The notes under the pieces: generated by a model
Database searches by the model: none
What the model was told of the DNA's origin: nothing
The model's input: the letters and a program-made list of their open reading frames with translations, nothing else
Position numbers and translations under genes: made by a program
Shown: in pieces, positions 34,336-36,235 of the stretch
How positions within the stretch are numbered: position 1 is the stretch's first letter
Layout of the letters: each line of letters begins with the position of its first letter
Assembly: GCA_001775835.1 (NCBI GenBank)
Contig: MEYP01000006.1
Coordinates: 16,486 to 52,720 of the forward strand
DNA length: 36,235 bases
Source: Candidatus Azambacteria bacterium RIFCSPHIGHO2_02_FULL_52_12
Lineage (GTDB): Bacteria > Patescibacteriota > Minisyncoccia > GWC2-36-17 > WO2-46-25
Direction of reading: 5' to 3'

Positions 34336-36235
34336 ATGTATATCAAGTCGATTTCGCTCAGCAATTTCAAAAAATTCGACAAGCTCTCAGTGGCCTTTCC
34401 TTCGGATATCACCGTGGTGAAGGGCCCCAACGAACAGGGCAAATCAAGCCTGCTCGCGGCGCTTTTGGCGGGTCTTTTTTACGATCCGAAAAAAAGCAAC
34501 CAGCAGATCTCCTCGCTCAAATCGTGGCAGTCGGACAAGCTGTATGAGCTGGTCACCGGCATCGAACACAACGGCGAGGATATCGTGCTTTCGAAGAATT
34601 TCGAGACCAAGGAACTACTGTTGGAGAATAAGACGACGGGGAAAAAGCTCAATACGTTCGCCGCAATCGGCGATGAACTGTACACGATCGGCGCCCTGCG
34701 GTCGCTTGCTCTTTTTGAGAATACGGCGTGCGTGCGGCATGACGCGCTGGCACAGATGACTGAAGGCAAGAAAGAGATTTCACAGGCGTTGCAGGCGCTC
34801 ATGACTGCGTCGGGGGAAAACGTCAGCTCCGAGAAAATACTGAAAAAACTCGGCGACGGCATCGCGTCGCTTCAGCGCGGCACGAAACAGCAGGCGAAAA
34901 CGCCGGGCCTGTTGAAGCAGCTTGATGCCGACCTTGCTGTACTTGCGGGGAAAAAGACGGCCATAGCATCCGCGCTTGCGGACTTGGCGGCAAAAAGCGC
35001 CCATGCGGGAGAGCTTGCCGCGCTCGAACGCATCAGCAAACGCGAGTACGACGCGAAAGAGAGCCAATACCAGAAGAATATCGCGTATTTCAAGACGATG
35101 CAGGAGCTTGAGAAACTGCACGCGCAGGCGGACAAGGCGAACGCGGATTACAACGCGCTCATGGACATCGAGAACAAAAAAGGATATTTGAGCGTCCAAC
35201 AGGAAAAAATGAAAACGCTCAAAGCGATCGACTGGGAAAAGCTCTACGCGCAACGGGAGGCGTTGAGCGTCAAGAAAGAAAAGCAGAAAAATATTCTCGA
35301 GGAGGCGGAGCGCCTTGCCAAAGAAAAGAAGAAAACGAAAATACACGTGAAAATATCGCATGTTGCCGTGTCTGCTCTACTCGCCGCGCTCGGGTTTCTG
35401 GGGTTTGTGCGCGTTGAGCTGTTCGCGGCGTGGGTTTTGTCTGCCGTTGCGTTCGCGTACAGTTTCGTGTTTCGGCGCGGCATCGTCGTGCATACGGGCG
35501 TCCAGCTTGGCGCCGAGTCGGAAAGTCTGGCGCATGAGATCGCGGTGCTTGAAAAACAGCACACCAGCATCATGGATGAGAACGGCGTTTCCAGCATCGA
35601 AGAGCTGGTCCAGAAAGTGAAACGATACAACGAATTCGGGGTTGAACGGGAAAAATTGGAAAGCAAAGAAGAAGGGATATTGCGCGGCGGACGCCGAGAC
35701 AATTTCAAAAAAGAGCGCACCGAACTGCTCAAACGCATCGCCATCGAAGAAGCGAAGATCTCCGATGAAGAAAAAGCATCGCCGCCGTCTCCGTCGGCGC
35801 AGCGGCTCTTGGAAGTAGACCGGGAAAGGCACAAGCAGGAACTGGATAAGCTGGATAAGGAAATAGCGCACGTGAACGCTATCTTGCATTCGCAGTACAG
35901 CAGGGAGGATCTGGCGAAGACGGAGGAAGAGATGGAATACAAGCAAGCGCAGAAAGTGAACGCGGAGCGCAAGCTTGAAACGCTCCAGGTGCTTGCGGAC
36001 GCGCTCGCGGAAGCCCAGATAAGAACGATCGCGCAGTCGCGCTCCGTCATCGAACAATACATGCGGCGCTATCTGCCGGCCATCACCGACGGACGGTATA
36101 CGAACGTGAAGATCAAAGACGACCTGTCGTTCGAGGTGTGGTCCGACGAGAAGAAAGGGATGATCGTGCCGGAAGAAAATCTCTCCAAAGGGACGATCGA
36201 CCAGTTTTATCTCGTCGCGCGCTTTGCCGTGCTCG
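34336..36235 (+). CDS. sbcC: SbcC/Rad50-like SMC-type ATPase (3' end outside window), with a hydrophobic hairpin in the coiled coil
   Basis: This ORF is absent from the ORF track because it is open-ended. Hand translation from the ATG at 34336 gives MYIKSISLSNFKKFDKLSVAFPSDITVVKGPNEQGKSSLL (Walker A), long K/E/A-rich coiled coils and a signature-like LSKGTIDQFYLVARFAVL at the window end. The stretches I translated from 34336 to about 35520 contain no in-frame stop, and the window end reads in the same frame. The segment between them I inferred to be open only because the track lists no complete ORF in that frame. Confidence 0.8.
   Translation, partial: MYIKSISLSNFKKFDKLSVAFPSDITVVKGPNEQGKSSLLAALLAGLFYDPKKSNQQISSLKSWQSDKLYELVTGIEHNGEDIVLSKNFETKELLLENKTTGKKLNTFAAIGDELYTIGALRSLALFENTACVRHDALAQMTEGKKEISQALQALMTASGENVSSEKILKKLGDGIASLQRGTKQQAKTPGLLKQLDADLAVLAGKKTAIASALADLAAKSAHAGELAALERISKREYDAKESQYQKNIAYFKTMQELEKLHAQADKANADYNALMDIENKKGYLSVQQEKMKTLKAIDWEKLYAQREALSVKKEKQKNILEEAERLAKEKKKTKIHVKISHVAVSALLAALGFLGFVRVELFAAWVLSAVAFAYSFVFRRGIVVHTGVQLGAESESLAHEIAVLEKQHTSIMDENGVSSIEELVQKVKRYNEFGVEREKLESKEEGILRGGRRDNFKKERTELLKRIAIEEAKISDEEKASPPSPSAQRLLEVDRERHKQELDKLDKEIAHVNAILHSQYSREDLAKTEEEMEYKQAQKVNAERKLETLQVLADALAEAQIRTIAQSRSVIEQYMRRYLPAITDGRYTNVKIKDDLSFEVWSDEKKGMIVPEENLSKGTIDQFYLVARFAVL

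Noticed and set aside
1-36235. Alternative genetic code (UGA recoding), as seen in some streamlined lineages.
   Set aside because: TGA terminates mnmA, alaS, sufU, the ATPase and the PQQ dehydrogenase at the positions expected from conserved C-termini. Conserved genes contain no in-frame TGA. The standard bacterial code fits.
1-36235. tRNA, rRNA, tmRNA or RNase P genes in the intergenic gaps.
   Set aside because: I found no cloverleaf-compatible segment (acceptor stem plus a GTTCRANYC-type T-loop) and no rRNA-like sequence in any spacer. I scanned by eye only, so a dedicated tool should confirm this.

Overview
This 36.2-kb window looks like a compact, streamlined bacterial chromosome segment. 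It uses the standard genetic code: TGA terminates conserved genes at their expected ends.

Gene content suggests a Candidate Phyla Radiation (Patescibacteria-like) genome. The evidence is a half-length SufD, an AlaRS lacking its C-terminal domain, N-terminally extended S9 and S11, and PEGA and coiled-coil membrane proteins. This placement is an inference, not a search result.

Gene order:
- Minus strand, 1-9260: a translationally coupled ECF sigma / putative anti-sigma pair; an Rrf2-sufC-sufB-sufD-sufS-sufU operon; a P1B-type metal ATPase with a Met/His-rich partner.
- Plus strand, 9.5-21.4 kb: a small zinc-ribbon ORF, mnmA, a small ORF, alaS, a hicB-hicA toxin-antitoxin pair, an FtsA/PilM-like gene with a large membrane protein, and infA-rpmJ-rpsM-rpsK-rpsD-rpoA-rplQ-rplM-rpsI.
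- 21.5-28.8 kb: a PEGA membrane protein, a 2-hydroxyacid dehydrogenase, a zinc-ribbon ORF, L25/Ctc, a coiled-coil lytic transglycosylase, rpmE-prfA, a small EamA transporter and a 3-methyladenine glycosylase.
- About 28.9-30.9 kb: a visibly AT-richer patch with an orphan Trp-rich protein, a frameshifted NUDIX-like gene and a PaaX/Cas2-like gene bracketed by perfect 39-bp direct repeats.
- 30.9 kb to the end: a PQQ-type sugar dehydrogenase, a stand-alone receiver domain, and an SbcD/SbcC-like pair that is truncated at the window end.

I saw no rRNA, tRNA or CRISPR array.

The most unusual content is a layer of repeat families that ordinary gene annotation does not explain:
1. GC-rich palindromic elements sit in-frame inside coding sequences. 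One splits the conserved GD-YFK motif of AlaRS. Two 61-bp identical copies lie in the FtsA-like gene.
2. Three 130-131-bp intergenic elements have CCCC...GGGG terminal inverted repeats flanked by TTGA on both sides. Their arms differ between copies but stay complementary within each copy. Each is positioned as if inserted into a -35 box / stop-codon overlap.
3. Heptad-periodic arrays ((TAGAAnn)5 and relatives) fill operon-internal junctions. Heptad arrays also occur in-frame inside mnmA.

Many genes also appear leaderless or nearly so, with a -10 box 6-7 nt upstream of the ATG.
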